A stretch of DNA of 64,000 nucleotides from Marsupella aquatica (GCA_973895155.1 OZ316899.1:10691135-10755134), one strand, 5' to 3'. Shown: positions 51,632 to 64,000, numbered from the stretch's first letter. A program made the numbers and translations. The notes: generated by a model from the sequence alone, not told the origin.

Positions 51632-54600
51632 CTAATGCCTGGCACGCTTGCCAGAGCCGCCTAAGTGGGAGCGGCTATCCCGCTGCCTTCTGAGCCTATC
51701 GGCGTCCTGCTTGAGTAGCTGGACCTGGTCCAACAGAGATTTGTTCTCCCGCTTTGCCGCATCTGCCTCTTCCGCGGCCTCCTGGCATACCTCTTCCAGT
51801 TGCTGGGTGTCGCTCGTCAGCTTATCCACCAACTGGGCCTGTTTCGTGACTTCTCCTTGAAGCCGCGCCATCTCTACCTTCAGGGTGTCAATCTTGGTTG
51901 TGTCCCGCTGAGACCTGGAGTCAGCTTCCTCTGAGTCCTTTTGCCAACTGACGGCTTGCCCCTGCAAACCATCAATCTTGGTCCGGAGCCGCGCAATCTC
52001 GGCGTCCTTTCCGAGCCCAGCCTGGACTGCTAACGTTGCTTGGGCCCTAGCCTCGGCAACCTGGTCCTCCATGGCCGTTACTTGTGTAGAGTAGGGTTTA
52101 AGGAAATATGAACTACTTTCCTCTTAAACAACCAGAATTCGTTCCCGTTAAGAGCTTGTGAAACCTAAAAGATTGTATTAATATACTTTGAGATAGTTAA
52201 GCTAACCTATCTCAGATTTTAAGCCTTTACCGACATGCTTAGGTCAGGTGGAAGGAGTTTTTAATACATCCTCAGGTATTGTGATGTTTGCATCATCAAC
52301 AGTGCAATAATTAATTCTAAAACTATAATAAAACAACCAAAAGCCGGAGGCATAAAGAGAGGATTAGGCGAGCCTTAAATGTCTCATCTCCTCTTGCCAC
52401 TTAGCAATCTATGACTAAGTTAGGCACGATTAAGAGTCAACAGAGAGTCTGACTAAATTAGGCTAATGCCTAAAGCTCATCCTTAAAGCCAACCATCTAA
52501 GAATTTGTAAAAGATGTATATAAGATAGCCCGTATTAACTTTATGACCTATGTCAAGGCAAAGGTGGTACTGATTACTCCGAACTAACTTAATCTTCTAT
52601 TCAATCCTTCAGATTGCTCTTTTAGGACTACGCAATTTGTGAGTTCTCGTATGGTGCTTCTTCCACTAATACTTAATAAGCCATAAGTATTCCATAGTCA
52701 ACATGAATCTTTAGACCTTTGCATGATCTCAGGCATGCATTTCCAGTCAACCTAAAGGTTAACTATGACATTGCTAGTCACTTTCCATAGATTTTCTAGC
52801 AAGAATGGTCACACACTAATGTCCAAACACAAAGCATAGATCACCAAAATTATGAATCTATTACTTCTCTTCAAAGAAGGAGACTTTCACAAGTGAAATG
52901 CAAGTCTGAGTAAAATGGTGGAAACTTTCACTCTTATACTTAGGGACAAGTCTCCTCTAAACAAAAGTTGAAGAGGTATGTCTCTTCAATTCCTAACCTA
53001 AGTGTAAAAGTAAAAAGTAATGCTAAAGTCCGAAACTAGACTATGAGATAAAGTGCTCAGCAAAAATTCAAAGTCTAATTCTTCCTATACTAAGTTTTAT
53101 AGGGCTTCAAACACGAAACCGGATCAAAAACCGGGTGGGAAACCGGATGGGAAGCCGGTTCAACTTCCGGATGGAATAACTTTTTACTCTTTAGGAGTTG
53201 AAGTGTCAGGCTTCACCAATGTGGAGTCTACTACTGGATCAATGGAGTTTAGAGGGTTTGGTATGAAAGTGATACCTCCAAAGGTAGTAGTAAAATAGTA
53301 AGCAAGTAGTACATTTTTTGGTTTCAAAGTGAAAGGTTTTGCAAAAATGAGGTCTTGAGATAATGTCCATTGGTATAAGTAAAATGTAGGAGTGCCAGAG
53401 TAATAAGAATTTGACTATCGAGTCTCTTCATCTTCCAATGAATGGGTATATCTTTTCATAGTATCCTTTCATACTTATCCAACCATTTTGATTGGTTAAG
53501 GTCTTTAGCCATGGATCATGCTTCCTATTGGTCCAAAGTCAGACATCTTGAAGGTCAAATGGTGTGGAAACAACGCTTCAAAATCTTCATTCCATTATTT
53601 GTCCGGAAATCTCGGATATCTCTTGGTTGCACTGGTTGGAGTCTCATAATATTAAGTGGGTCATTTCGAGTCCATTTTCAGACTTCTTTATATATATCTT
53701 AACCGCATAGGAAAGAGCTTTCCAACACACTTTACAGATCTTGATTTGGATAAATGGTTTGAGAGTTATAGTAATTTTTTTACCGGATGGTATGTCCAAA
53801 CCGGATCAAAAACCGGCTAAAAAATCGGATGGAAACTGGTTCAAATTCCGGATGGAATAACTCCTCAATTTCCATCACTTAGTTGGTGTAATTTTTTCCA
53901 TGAACTACTGGAAGGTGGGGTAACACAACCTTGATAAAAGATTGAGCTACTTGTTGCTGAAATGCACTGATTAATTCACCTTAGAATTAGCCGTCTAACT
54001 CAAATTTGTGAAAAGTTGGACCTCAATTCCAAAGTTAAACCTTTGCTTGAGGGGTTGAAGTAGGTCTCTCCTCGCTATCAGATTTTCTCAATACCAATCC
54101 ATTTATGGTTTTATTCCTCTTTCACTATTGAGTCGGATGAGGGACCATAACATCTTTATATGCACCTTGGCATGATTCAAGCTTAATATACTCACAGATG
54201 CTTAAATAGTCATTCAAGGTCCTCAACATGGTCATTGAAAACTATTTTTTTCACATAAGATAACTTTTCTATCCTTAAGGGCTTAACCCCTCTATTACAA
54301 CTTGAGGCCGTAGTTGCTGGAGTTCAGCCTCCAGGGTTGCCACTTCGTCCTTCAAGTAGGCAGACTCAACCCGATATCGCTCTATTCTCTGCGTTGTCTC
54401 TGCCTGCGCATGTCCTGCCCTTACTGCCGCAACCAACTCCTGGTTGAAGAAGTAGGCCACCCTCCGGGCCATGTATTCCCCGGTGTCCCAAGAGATCTGT
54501 TGCGAGAAATCTCCCAACAACCCGTTCAGAAATGTGCCCGGCGCAAAGAGTTCTGGATGGTCTAGACTATGTCCCTCTGGATTCGGGCACAGGCAGACTC

Positions 54601-56446
54601 CAACCCGTGCGGGAGTAGGAGTGGACACATCCAGCCCTTGAGGTAAGTTGGTCAAAGGGGCTTGGTCCACTGGACGTGGGCGGTTCTTCTGCACCACCGC
54701 GGGGGGTGGCGGAATCCCCTTGGCTATCGTGGCATCTGCTTCGGGTGTGGCTTCATCCGGCCCAACTTTGATTGCATTGTCCCGATTGATCACGTCTAAG
54801 GTCGCGATAACGTCAATGGGTATGCCTGGCGGGGCAGCAGCGGTTGGTTGTGGGGCCGGGGTAGCAGGACTTGCAGCCGCAAGACTTCGGGCCTCAGGCT
54901 GCGGTTGCCTCACCTGGGCTGGAACACCTATTTTGGCAGGGTCAACTCGGGCTCGTTGAGATGCGGGAGGCTCTGGCGGTCAAAACGACCGTACCACTCG
55001 ACGATGATTTTGATGTGGCTAGCGAGGTACGCCCTTCCGCCAAGGTACAAAGTCTTCCTTCTCCGCTCCATCTCCTCGTGGAACTTCTTGACAAAGAAGG
55101 ACGCCCACTTCCTGGGCCGATAGTTCTCTACCTGGATGACCTGAGCGGCCGAAATTTCTCCTCTGGGTTCCATCATGTGGAGGGCATACCAATGGAACTC
55201 CAGGCGTTATGCTACCTCCAGGATGAGGCACGTCCTCATTAAGAACCCATTGTCCACTACCCCCTCGGTCGGGAAGCTAGATGACTGGTATTTAGCTCCC
55301 TTGCCCCCAGGAGCCCGCGATTCTACCCGGTTTATCCCCTCGGGTAAACCAAAAATCATCTTCAGACGTGCCTCATTGAGACATCACTCTCCCGTGCGCT
55401 CGGGTTTGTTGACGGGCCTCGTTGAAGTTTTGAATGAACTCCGTCATATCCTGCCCGTAGTACCTGCTTCCGTTCCAAGGGAGAGAGGCAAGGTGCTCAA
55501 ACCCTTGGGTCTTCAGATAGCATGCACGCTTGGGGTGGAGGATGTTCTTGTGAACGTTGTCCCCCATGCGATGCATGGTCAGCTTGGCTACCGCAACCGT
55601 GGCCAAAGGCAACCCGGATACGGTTGTGAGCTCCTTCCTCTTCCTACCCCGAGACTGATTCCCGGGGTGACTAGAAGAGGGGGACATCTCTCCATCCTCT
55701 CGGTCGGGTGGTGGTAGCGCGACTACCATGAGTATTGGTGCCGAAGCTGCTAGAGTTATCGTGTTATCCTAGAGTGGTGTTGGGTTGTTCGGCGCTTGTT
55801 GAGTCATACCCCGTGGCCATCGATTCAGAGGAGGGTGAGCCTCCTTGTCTTCGGAGCTAATATTTACCGTATTCACCACGGATCGTACTTGGAGAGGCGG
55901 TGGGACCGGTGGTGGGGACCGGCTCGGCTGGGGCCGAGGAGATATAGGCGCGGGTACGGGCACGGGTTGGCCGGCACTGGTCGTTGATGGTAGAGCTGAC
56001 ATGAAGTTTTGTAGGTGCCGATGGAGGTTCTCCGAAGCAAGTGAAGACGGCCCTATCGACCGGGCAGTGTTGAACTCGCTGTTGATGATAGTCCGGACCC
56101 AAGCGAGGATGTGGTCAAAGTGGTGCCGCTGCAAGTCGATCGTGCCCGGGATATTGAAGACCTCGTCCGGAAGCCGAAGCAATGCTTCCCAGAAGCCGAT
56201 GTATTTGCCTCCGTCAAAGAAGTACCTTGATACTTCTTCGGGTTGGTAAAGCTCGCTCTGGGATGGGTAATCAAAGTTAAGGAGATAGTGGTGTCGTCCT
56301 GCTAGGCGGATGGCTGTCTCGTATTGGCGTTCAATCTCGTATTGGCGTGGGTTGGCATGTTTCAATGAGTCGGCCAAGTGCCCTCCAATAGACAGGAACT
56401 GAGTCCAGAATGGTATGGCCAAACTGGAAAGGATCGTGTGCGACAT
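51632..56446 (-). pseudogene. LTR-encoded ORF of Z1 (~865 codons; plant-mobile-domain-like core + coiled coil), split by solo LTR Y
   Basis: Fragments start at 56446, 55729, 55176 and 54913. ...LEAELQQLRPQV resumes as TAMEDQVAEARAQ beyond the Y insertion. Confidence 0.75.
52085..54299. mobile_element. Solo LTR, family Y (2215 bp), inverted relative to 5042-7243
   Basis: TGTA...TACA termini with a perfect TSD ACTTG. Confidence 0.92.
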
Positions 56447-59400
56447 TCAGAGGAGATAGCAGGTGACTAAGGGAAGCGAGAGAGCCGGAATCAAAGCTGG
56501 CACGTGGCCAAACTGCAAAGGATCGGCCCCCTTTATACCCTGAGAGCTCGCCGACCGCCCAACGCCTCCTTGTTGCTTATAGGCCAAGCCTTTCACGCTC
56601 GTAGTGTACCAGCCCTTTCGCCGGTCCGGGTCAGCTCGTGTCAGTGGCCGCCTCCCGGAGTTTGTTATACGGACCCGAGGAAGGGGGAAAGGGGGCCCAT
56701 TACACGCTCGCAACCCGGGCGTGCGAATGGCGACCCGCCGCCAGCCCAAACATGAATTCCCCTTATTGACTAATGATTTCCTACTCATAATGGCTACCTA
56801 AATACTGTCGTTATGCTCATAATAATGGCCTAAGATACCCCTAACGCGCATGCTAAGTGCGGTTAGACCAAATCACTCATTACCGCCGTACCGGCGGCGT
56901 CACACCTGGGCAAGGGCGGTCGTAAGTTGAGGCCAAAGAAGTTGTAACTTGGTATCCCAATGTGAAGCTTCGTCTAAGAGTTGGGCTGTTTCAACCCGGT
57001 ACCGCCCAATCTTTGTTGTGGCTTTAGCCTGTGCCCGTCCTGCTTTGACCGCCGCCACCAGCTCCTGGCTGAAAGAAGTAGGCCACCTTGCGGGCCATAA
57101 ACTCCCTTATTTCCAGACTAATCTGTTGGGAGAAGTCACCCAGCAACCCATTCAAATACGTGCCCGGTGCATAGAGTTATGGGTTCACCAAGCTGTGACC
57201 ACTCGGGTTTGGGCAAGGACAGACCTCCACCCGGGCAGAGGCTGGGGTTGTTACTTCCAGCCCCGAGGTAGTAAGGGTAGATGGGGACGGGTGTCCAGCA
57301 AGGGGATCCACTTGGACAGGTGCGGAGGGTACCGTGGCTTCCTCTGGGGTTACGGTCTTGGGTTCAGGCTTGGGGCCGGACTCAACCGGGCCAACCTCAA
57401 TGATTGTGCGGGCCTGGTTGATTGCATCCAGGGTCATGATGATAGTTGCGTCTAGTACGGGGGAAGGATCTTCAATAGTGGTTTGCGGGGTCAAAGTGGA
57501 GGTGGGCACCACGGGCGCTGGGCTCCATGATTTGGGCTGCGGTCACCTTTCCTACGCCGGGAAGACCCACCGGGCCGCGGTGAGTTGAGGCTCATTGAGT
57601 TGCGGAAGGTTTCATTGATCAAAACGGGCGTACCACTCAATGATGATCTTGATGTGGCTTGCAAGGTACGCCTCCCCTTGAGGTACAAGGTCTTCCTTTG
57701 TCGCTCCATCTCCTCGTGGAACTTCTTGACGAAGAATGAAGCCCACTTTCTAGGGCGGTAGTTCTTGACCTGGATCACCTGGGAAACGGATATCTCACCC
57801 CGTGGCTCCATCATGTGGAGGGCATACCACTGAAACTCTAGCTGCTCCGCAATCTTCAAGATGAGGCATGTCCTCATCAAGAAGCCGTTGTCCATCAAAC
57901 CCTCGGCTGGGAAGCTAGAGGACGGGTACTTGGCTCCCTTGCCTTCTGGCGCCCGCAATTCTACCCGCTTGTCTCACTGGGGTAGGCCAAAGATGAGTTT
58001 AAGCCGTGCTTTGTTCAAGGACATCAGTCGTCCGTGCGCACGGGTCTGTTGATGGGTTTCATCAAAATTTTGGATGAACTCCGTCATGTCTTTCCCGTAG
58101 TACCATCAAGTGTTCCAAGGGAGGGTGGTGAGATGTTCAAACCCCTTGGTCTTGAGGTAACATGCATGCTTTGGATGGAGAATGTTTTTATGGACATTCT
58201 CCCCCATACGATGCATGGTCAGTTTGGCCACTGCCACTGTGGCCAAAGGTAGGGCAAATACTGCGACCGGTTCCTTCCTCTTCCTACCCCGAGACTGGTT
58301 CCTGGGGTGACTTGTGGAGGAGGACATCTTCCCATCTTCCCTATCCGGTGGTGGCAGGGCTACTGCCATAAGTACTGGTGCCGGGGCTGCCACCATTACC
58401 GCATCACCAAGATTGCCTCCCTAGTTTGGGTTGCTGAGGTGGTGGTGTTGTCTCGATGCGATAGGTACCCGATGCATTGTGGTTGAGGGGAGGGGCCTCA
58501 TCCTTCGAGCTGAGATTGACCGCATTTACCACGGACCGCATGCGAGCAGAGGGTGTGACTGGTGGAGGGGAATGGCTTGATGGAGGTTGAGGCGGTGTTT
58601 GTGCTGGTGCTGGCAAGTTGGTTGCAAGTGTAGCTGGCGGGGGCATCATAGGACTCTGATGGGAAGCCGAGTGATGCTAGGATTGACAACCCGCCCGAAT
58701 TCAGACTGCCAAACCGATAGTCAAGGAAGGACTGCACCTTGGCGGGTATATCGTTGAAGTGATGACGTTGCAAGTCCACCATGCCCAGAATTTTGAAGAC
58801 TTCGTCCGGAAGTCAAAGGAGCACTTCTCTAAAACCGAGGTACTTTGTTCCGTCTAAGAAGAATTTGGCAATCTCATCATTCCGGCAGTATTTGCTCTCA
58901 AAGGGAAGGTTGAGGTTGTTGTTGTAGTGAGAGCGCCCATTCAAATGGATAAGCCGTTCATATTGTCTTTTAGCTTTGTACCGGCGCGGGTTGTGCTCAA
59001 CGAGCGTTTTTGCAAGATGGTTACCAATACCCAGAAATTGGAACCAAAAGCAAATGGCAGAACTGGACATAATCATGACAGACATATGGCAAGGTGTGTT
59101 GGATCCGTAAGGAAGGAACAAAAGAGCTGGGATCAAAACTGGCGCACGGAGTGCACTAGTGACCGAAGACAGGGAAGAGTCCGCCTTTTATACCGTAGTG
59201 GCGTGTCAACCGATTGATTACTCCTGTTTGTGATAGGTCAAGCTCCTCATGCTTACAGTGTACCGGCCACTCCACAGGTCCGGGTCAGGGCGTGACAGAG
59301 GGCCACTTCCCTGATCAGTTATACGGACCCAAGTTAGATGGCCATAACGCACTCATAACCCGACGGTACGTTCGGCGCTGTGCCGCCAGCCTGAGTGTGA

Positions 59401-59552
59401 ATGCTCTTTATTGACTAAACTTGTCTTATTCATCATTACTAACTAATTTTGTGTTGCTATGCTAATAAGTATAGACTACTAAGCCTACTCTGTACGTGCT
59501 TAGCACAATTTAGGCCGGATTACTCATTACCAGCCGTGCTGGCGGCGTCACA

Positions 59553-61210
59553 TAGCTCCCTACTTAACTGTGAAGCATCCTCGCAAGCATCACTATTGGT
59601 GGTATCATCTTGATGATGGTACTTTTTCACATGATCGTATCTGACTCGCGTTGGAAGTAAATCGCCGACGTACGCTGCAAGTTTGATGGATCCGTCTGGG
59701 TATATCTGATTGACAAGGAAAGGTCCCAACCAGAGTATGCAGCTTCCCGGGAAATTGCATGTATCTGCTGTCGTACAGGAGGACCAGATCCCCTATCACG
59801 ATGTCTACTTTCCGTAGTCCTTTGTTGTGCTCTCGGGGGGTCACTTCCATGGAAGTGGCACATCACGTGCGACAAAGTATAGGCCTATTTAAACGGGTGT
59901 GGCGAAAGACTTCCAAAGTTTGGTGGAAGAACACATAGGGCATTGTTTATTGACTGGTTGACTTTAAAGAACACATAGGCCTATTTAATTGCAAAAATAC
60001 TTTCTTTAAAGTTTTTAGGGGTTTTTTAATAAAAATGACAATATTTGAAGAAAGAAAGGGCTTTGCACAAAAATATTTTTCACTTAAAAGTTAGGGGGGT
60101 CAAACCCTAATACGTCACACGTGATGTATGGCCCTCCATATAGTGGCCCCCCAAGGTTGTGTTGCTTTGCTGCATGTCGGGCAGCAAGTACCCGAGCTTC
60201 CTCCAATGCCTCAATCTGATAAGCTCTATCCAAAGAACTTTCGGCTTTGGGTAAGCGATCCCGAATACTCACCCATGGCGTGTGGATTTCAAACTCAACC
60301 GGAACTAGAGAGTGTTGCCCAAACACGAGGAAGTACGGACTATGACTAGTAGTAGTTTTGTAGGCCAAGTTGTATGAGCATACAGCAGCGTACAACTTGT
60401 CATCCTAGTCCGTCTTGTGTGCGGCTATAGTTTTGTTGAGAATCTTTGCTATGATCCCATTCGCTCTTTCCGTCAGTCCGTTGTCTTTAGGATGCTATGG
60501 GGTGGTCTTGCGGTGTTTGACCAAGTAGCGTTCAGTAAGCTGTACCACTATCTCATTGATGAAGTGCGTACCCCGGCCACTGACTATCTCCAATGGTGGC
60601 CCGAAGCAAGTAAATATTTGTTCATATAGGAACCTAGCGCTAGTGGCTACATCATATTTTACTATAGCTTGGGCTTCAACCCACTTGGTTGAATAATCAA
60701 TAGCAAGTAGGATGTACTTGCATCGACGTCGGCGAGTGACCGGTGTAAACGGCCCAATGTAATTGATGCCCCATTTCTCAAATGGTGTGAGCGGAAGTAC
60801 GGAGGTGAGAGGGTGGTTGTGTGACTTTTGTGGGGCGTCGGCCCATTGGCACAAATCACATCCCTTAATAAATTGCTAAACATCCCGGTGTAGCATGGCC
60901 CACCAATACCCCAAATCCAATATTTTTTGGGCAATGGTGATGGCCGCAAAATGGCCACCCGCATCTTCCTTGTGTAAGGCCCGCATCACGATGAGTGTCT
61001 CCTCGTATTTGAGGCAGCGTCGTAGCCTCCCGTTAACTCCCTCTTTGTGCAAGTGGCCTTGTATCATCATGTACGGCCCGACCTTGCATAAAAACACTGT
61101 TGCGGCTTCCTAATTAATCCTGTCAAGTATGCGCCCGGTCAAGAGGAAAGTAATCAGTGGTCCGTACCAGGTGGGTGTGCCCTCTCCTATGTGGAACAAC
61201 TCCTCATCCG
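59553..61210 (-). pseudogene. Ty3/gypsy integrase remnant
   Basis: Motifs H..AGGHF...GYWW, PFEKWGINYIGP, YILLAIDYSTKWVEA, GTHFIN, SPYFLVFG and GDLVLLYDSR...PGKL. Contains frameshifts and a MITE insertion. Confidence 0.9.
59832..60155 (-). mobile_element. MITE copy inserted in the integrase
   Basis: Inverted copy of 49472-49799 with TSD GTTGTGCT / GTTGTGTT. Confidence 0.85.
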
Positions 61211-61213
61211 AGA

Positions 61214-61347
61214 CTCGGGGGGGTCACTTCCATGGAAATGGCACATCACGTGCGACGAAGTATAGGCCCATTTAAACGGGTGTGGCGTAAGACTTCCAAA
61301 GTTTGGTGGAAGAACACATAGGGCATGTTTTATTGACCGGTCGACTT
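61214..61347 (-). mobile_element. Truncated third MITE copy
   Basis: One TIR plus ~130 bp matching 59832 onward. Confidence 0.75.
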
Positions 61348-62021
61348 TAAAGAACACATAGGCCTATGGAGTTTCTGATTCTCCAACTAAGTTGCTGACC
61401 CTTCCTTGACCTGCTTCATCTTGCAAAAGATTTGCTTCTAGCTCACTAATGAGGCGGTAATCGTAGTAGGCGTGACTATCGAATAATTTCAGGGCTCTAG
61501 TGAGTCACCTGTGGCAGAGAAGAATGATTTTGAACATCGTCAGAAAGTGTTTCAAGCAAGATCCTTTGGCTTTGCCTTGGGTGATAGCGAGCACATGTGT
61601 GTGTAGATGAATTCTCGATTCGTTCAACAGTGCGATGAGAAGTGGAAGGTTACTCTAGTATCTATGTGCACTACGGACCCTCCTGTCTGAATAGTTCACT
61701 ATTGAATTGGTCCTGGATAGATTCGACTATTCAGTTCCCAGTTCTAAAGATTCCGTCCACTTCCGGTAGATTTTATCCATCCGGCAGATTGTAGAGTTGC
61801 TAGCAAACATAGTCATAATGTACTAACTAGGAAGCATGTGAAGAAGTAGTGTTCACGACCTCGTACTCTTGAATTACAGCGTTGGAGGTGAATTGTAACT
61901 CTCCGTCCATCTGTACTACCGTGGAACGAGTGTTACTTCGCTGCCAGGATTGTAGGCTATGTAACCAAAATTTGCTGCCCTTGTTCTTGGGCCTCTATAA
62001 CATCCAATTACCTGTTTACAG

Positions 62022-62466
62022 ATTATCAAGGGCTTACTCGGGGATTTCGATATGGTCATATATTTTGCTCATCAATAACAGCTCGGTTGGTTAATTTAAG
62101 GATTGGTGTTTCATGGGAGAAGCTTATGATAATTCCTCTCCATGAGAAAGTGAAGATTGTTGGAGTGGATGTTACTTTCATTGATGCAAATCACTGCCCT
62201 GGCTCGGTCATGACTTTGTTTGAACCTGCAAATGGTGAGGTAATCTACACAACCACATATGATGTTCATTTCCCCTTCACTGTTCCATCCTTCAGGTATT
62301 TGTGCCGGTTGGCTGCAGCTAATATTCAATTATTGTGCCTTTGCCTCTGTAGGCTGTTTTACACACGGGCGACTTCCGGTTCTGTACTGAAATGGCTAAT
62401 AACTCTCTGCTTCAAACAACCAAACTTCACACGCTTGTTTTGGACACTACATTTTGTGATCCGTAG
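62022..62466 (+). pseudogene. SNM1/PSO2-like (DCLRE1 family, metallo-beta-lactamase) DNA cross-link repair gene fragment
   Basis: Exon 62022-62239 (YQGLTRGF...DANHCPGS...) and exon 62353-62466 (AVLHTGDFRF...LDTTFCDP*), whose last codon is TAG. No upstream HxHxD exon is visible. Confidence 0.8.
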
Positions 62467-63013
62467 GTCTGTTCATCTTTTTTGGTAGTTCGATTCCTTT
62501 GGACCTTATGTACCCAGTTGGAACCTCTCACGCTCACTTCGAAAGCCAAGTAACCTTGTGTGGAAATGTACCTGTAGTTCTTTTATTTGATTATACCCAG
62601 TCAGATGAGCATTTCACCATAATTATCTCTTCTTTGTCAAGATTTCATTTGAACCTTACTTGTTCCTAGGGAAATTGATATCTGACCACAAGTGGATCTG
62701 ATGTTTTTAGATCGTAGCAGTTGACCCCAAGGGTTTGTCCTTAACGCAGTTACCAGGCAGATGCTCTTGTGTTGGTCTGATTCAGAGTTGAGAATGCAGC
62801 AGGTCAAAACTGGTGCAAATTTATGGATCAAAGGATACCAGGTTTGGAGTCGAGGCAATTCGAGGGCTCTTACACTCCAAGGTGTTGAGGAATTACCGGA
62901 TGCTGAGAAGGTTACCATGGGCCCAAAGGTGTAGAAGACAGCTGCTTAATGTAATTATTGTCCACCCCTCATAAAATTATGTCTTGGTGTGTCGTAGGTG
63001 CGTGACATCCTTG

Positions 63014-64000
63014 TGTGATGCCTAGACAAGAATCACTCGGCCGGTTAAGTGGGTAAAGCAGGAAGGCACCCTAGGAACACCTTAGTATAGTGACAAAACA
63101 AGGAAAATATAAACAATTAGGGGCAACCATGGAACCCGGGCAGAGGCCGGAGGTAAGGCTGAGGGTGAAAACCCGATTAGGGTTAGGGCGCGTTAAGCGT
63201 CGGCGGCTAGGAAGGATCAACGGGAAGAAGGACCGGCAGAGGAGAGGGGTAAGGAGCGCTTGCAGGAGATGGTGGCTCATTTGCGAGCACGAACTAGGCA
63301 GACGACTACGGGAGGCCAACTACTGTCAGCTGCTTAGGCAAGCACTCGGGGAGAGAGTAGATACCGACGATCAACCTAAGGAGGGTATGAGCAACGTCAA
63401 TCAAGCGGCACATTTCTGGGGATGCCTGTTCGAACGGGCAACTGAGTACATCAAGACTTACGAGGACGAGGAGTCAGAAAGGGCAGCTCGAGAACGGCAG
63501 GAGCTCGCTCGATTGTGGGAGCTGCAGAAGACGGCTTTCTTAGGAGGCGAACTCATCAAGGACGAGTTCCTGTGGACGCCTACTTCCAATCAACTCGGCG
63601 ATCTTCTGTTTTGCAAGGACAGCGTCGTCGGCATCCGAGAGGCCATCAAGAACTGCAACGACATACACTGGGAATTAAAGGGTAGCACGGAAAGGTGGAC
63701 CCAGGCAACGGTGCTAGGAGAAACCTCCACGGCAGCAGAGATGAAGAGGAAGGGAGCCGTCAACGATGAAGCCACCCCGGCAAAAAGAACGAGGTCGGCG
63801 GCACCAAAGAAGCCAGCCGAGCAGCAGAGCAGGAGGCAGGGAGAAGCCGAAGAGGAGGAGGTCGATCCCATCAAGGCCATTCCAACCAGGGATGACACCT
63901 GGAAGGGCTGGGCGGCAACCCTACCGGTGGAGGTGCAACTACATTTTGCACGGGAGGAGGATGCATGCTTTACGGCCATGCAGACCAAGAAGTACCAAGG
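63014..64000 (+). mobile_element. Family W unit, partial copy running off the window end
   Basis: Starts TGTGATGCCTAG and is near-identical to 1-1452 inverted. Confidence 0.85.
63129..64000 (+). CDS. Family W LTR-encoded ORF, 5' part, uninterrupted to the window edge
   Basis: From ATG 63129, 290 codons without a stop (MEPGQRPEVR...AMQTKKYQ). Absent from the ORF track because it lacks a stop in the window. Confidence 0.75.
   Translation, partial: MEPGQRPEVRLRVKTRLGLGRVKRRRLGRINGKKDRQRRGVRSACRRWWLICEHELGRRLREANYCQLLRQALGERVDTDDQPKEGMSNVNQAAHFWGCLFERATEYIKTYEDEESERAARERQELARLWELQKTAFLGGELIKDEFLWTPTSNQLGDLLFCKDSVVGIREAIKNCNDIHWELKGSTERWTQATVLGETSTAAEMKRKGAVNDEATPAKRTRSAAPKKPAEQQSRRQGEAEEEEVDPIKAIPTRDDTWKGWAATLPVEVQLHFAREEDACFTAMQTKKYQ

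Larger units (their letters stand above)
50856..56904 (-). mobile_element. Family Z giant solo LTR (Z1, ~3.8 kb net), nested in Z2
   Basis: TGTCACGCCG...CGGCGTCACA termini and TSD ACTGG / CCTGG. Colinear with Z2. Confidence 0.85.
49193..59552 (-). mobile_element. Family Z giant 3' LTR (Z2, ~4.0 kb after removing nested inserts) of a Ty3/gypsy element; contains a degraded long ORF
   Basis: On the minus strand it starts TGTGACGCC at 59552, immediately after a PPT-like AAGTAGGGAG and the integrase, and ends GGCGTGACA at 49193. ORF fragments at 59136-56910 and 50855-50415. Confidence 0.8.

Overview
A transposon-dense window from a land-plant nuclear genome, probably a seed-free plant such as a fern or lycophyte (inferred from the TE and protein styles). 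Only one host gene is intact, a class II BBR/BPC GAGA-binding factor (44469-45386, -). A DNA cross-link repair SNM1/PSO2-like pseudogene fragment lies at ~62022-62466. The main candidate novel system is a ~12-19 kb cassette at ~17930-36680. It holds a DUF7869/Sola-like DDD transposase carrying three tandem En/Spm-Tnp1-like N-terminal domains. Transcribed divergently from it is a 3-exon gene of 1397 codons fusing a ParB/Srx-like domain to a beta-class N4C/N6A DNA-methyltransferase-like domain, followed by an FCP1/NIF HAD phosphatase-like gene. The non-coding parts of the cassette are filled with arrays of a single 25-bp palindrome. The second highlight is two Ty3/gypsy-type families whose 3.8-4.7 kb LTRs each carry a long, mutually homologous ORF. 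One such LTR sits directly after integrase and a PPT; others are solo LTRs with TSDs, nested in each other. Also present: a gypsy-like LTR family with non-canonical AGT...ACT termini, two 2.2-kb solo LTRs, a young Bianca-lineage copia element plus a remnant, a MULE carrying an RNase H1 hybrid-binding-domain gene, and MITEs. All family assignments come from reading motifs by eye; no database search was run.
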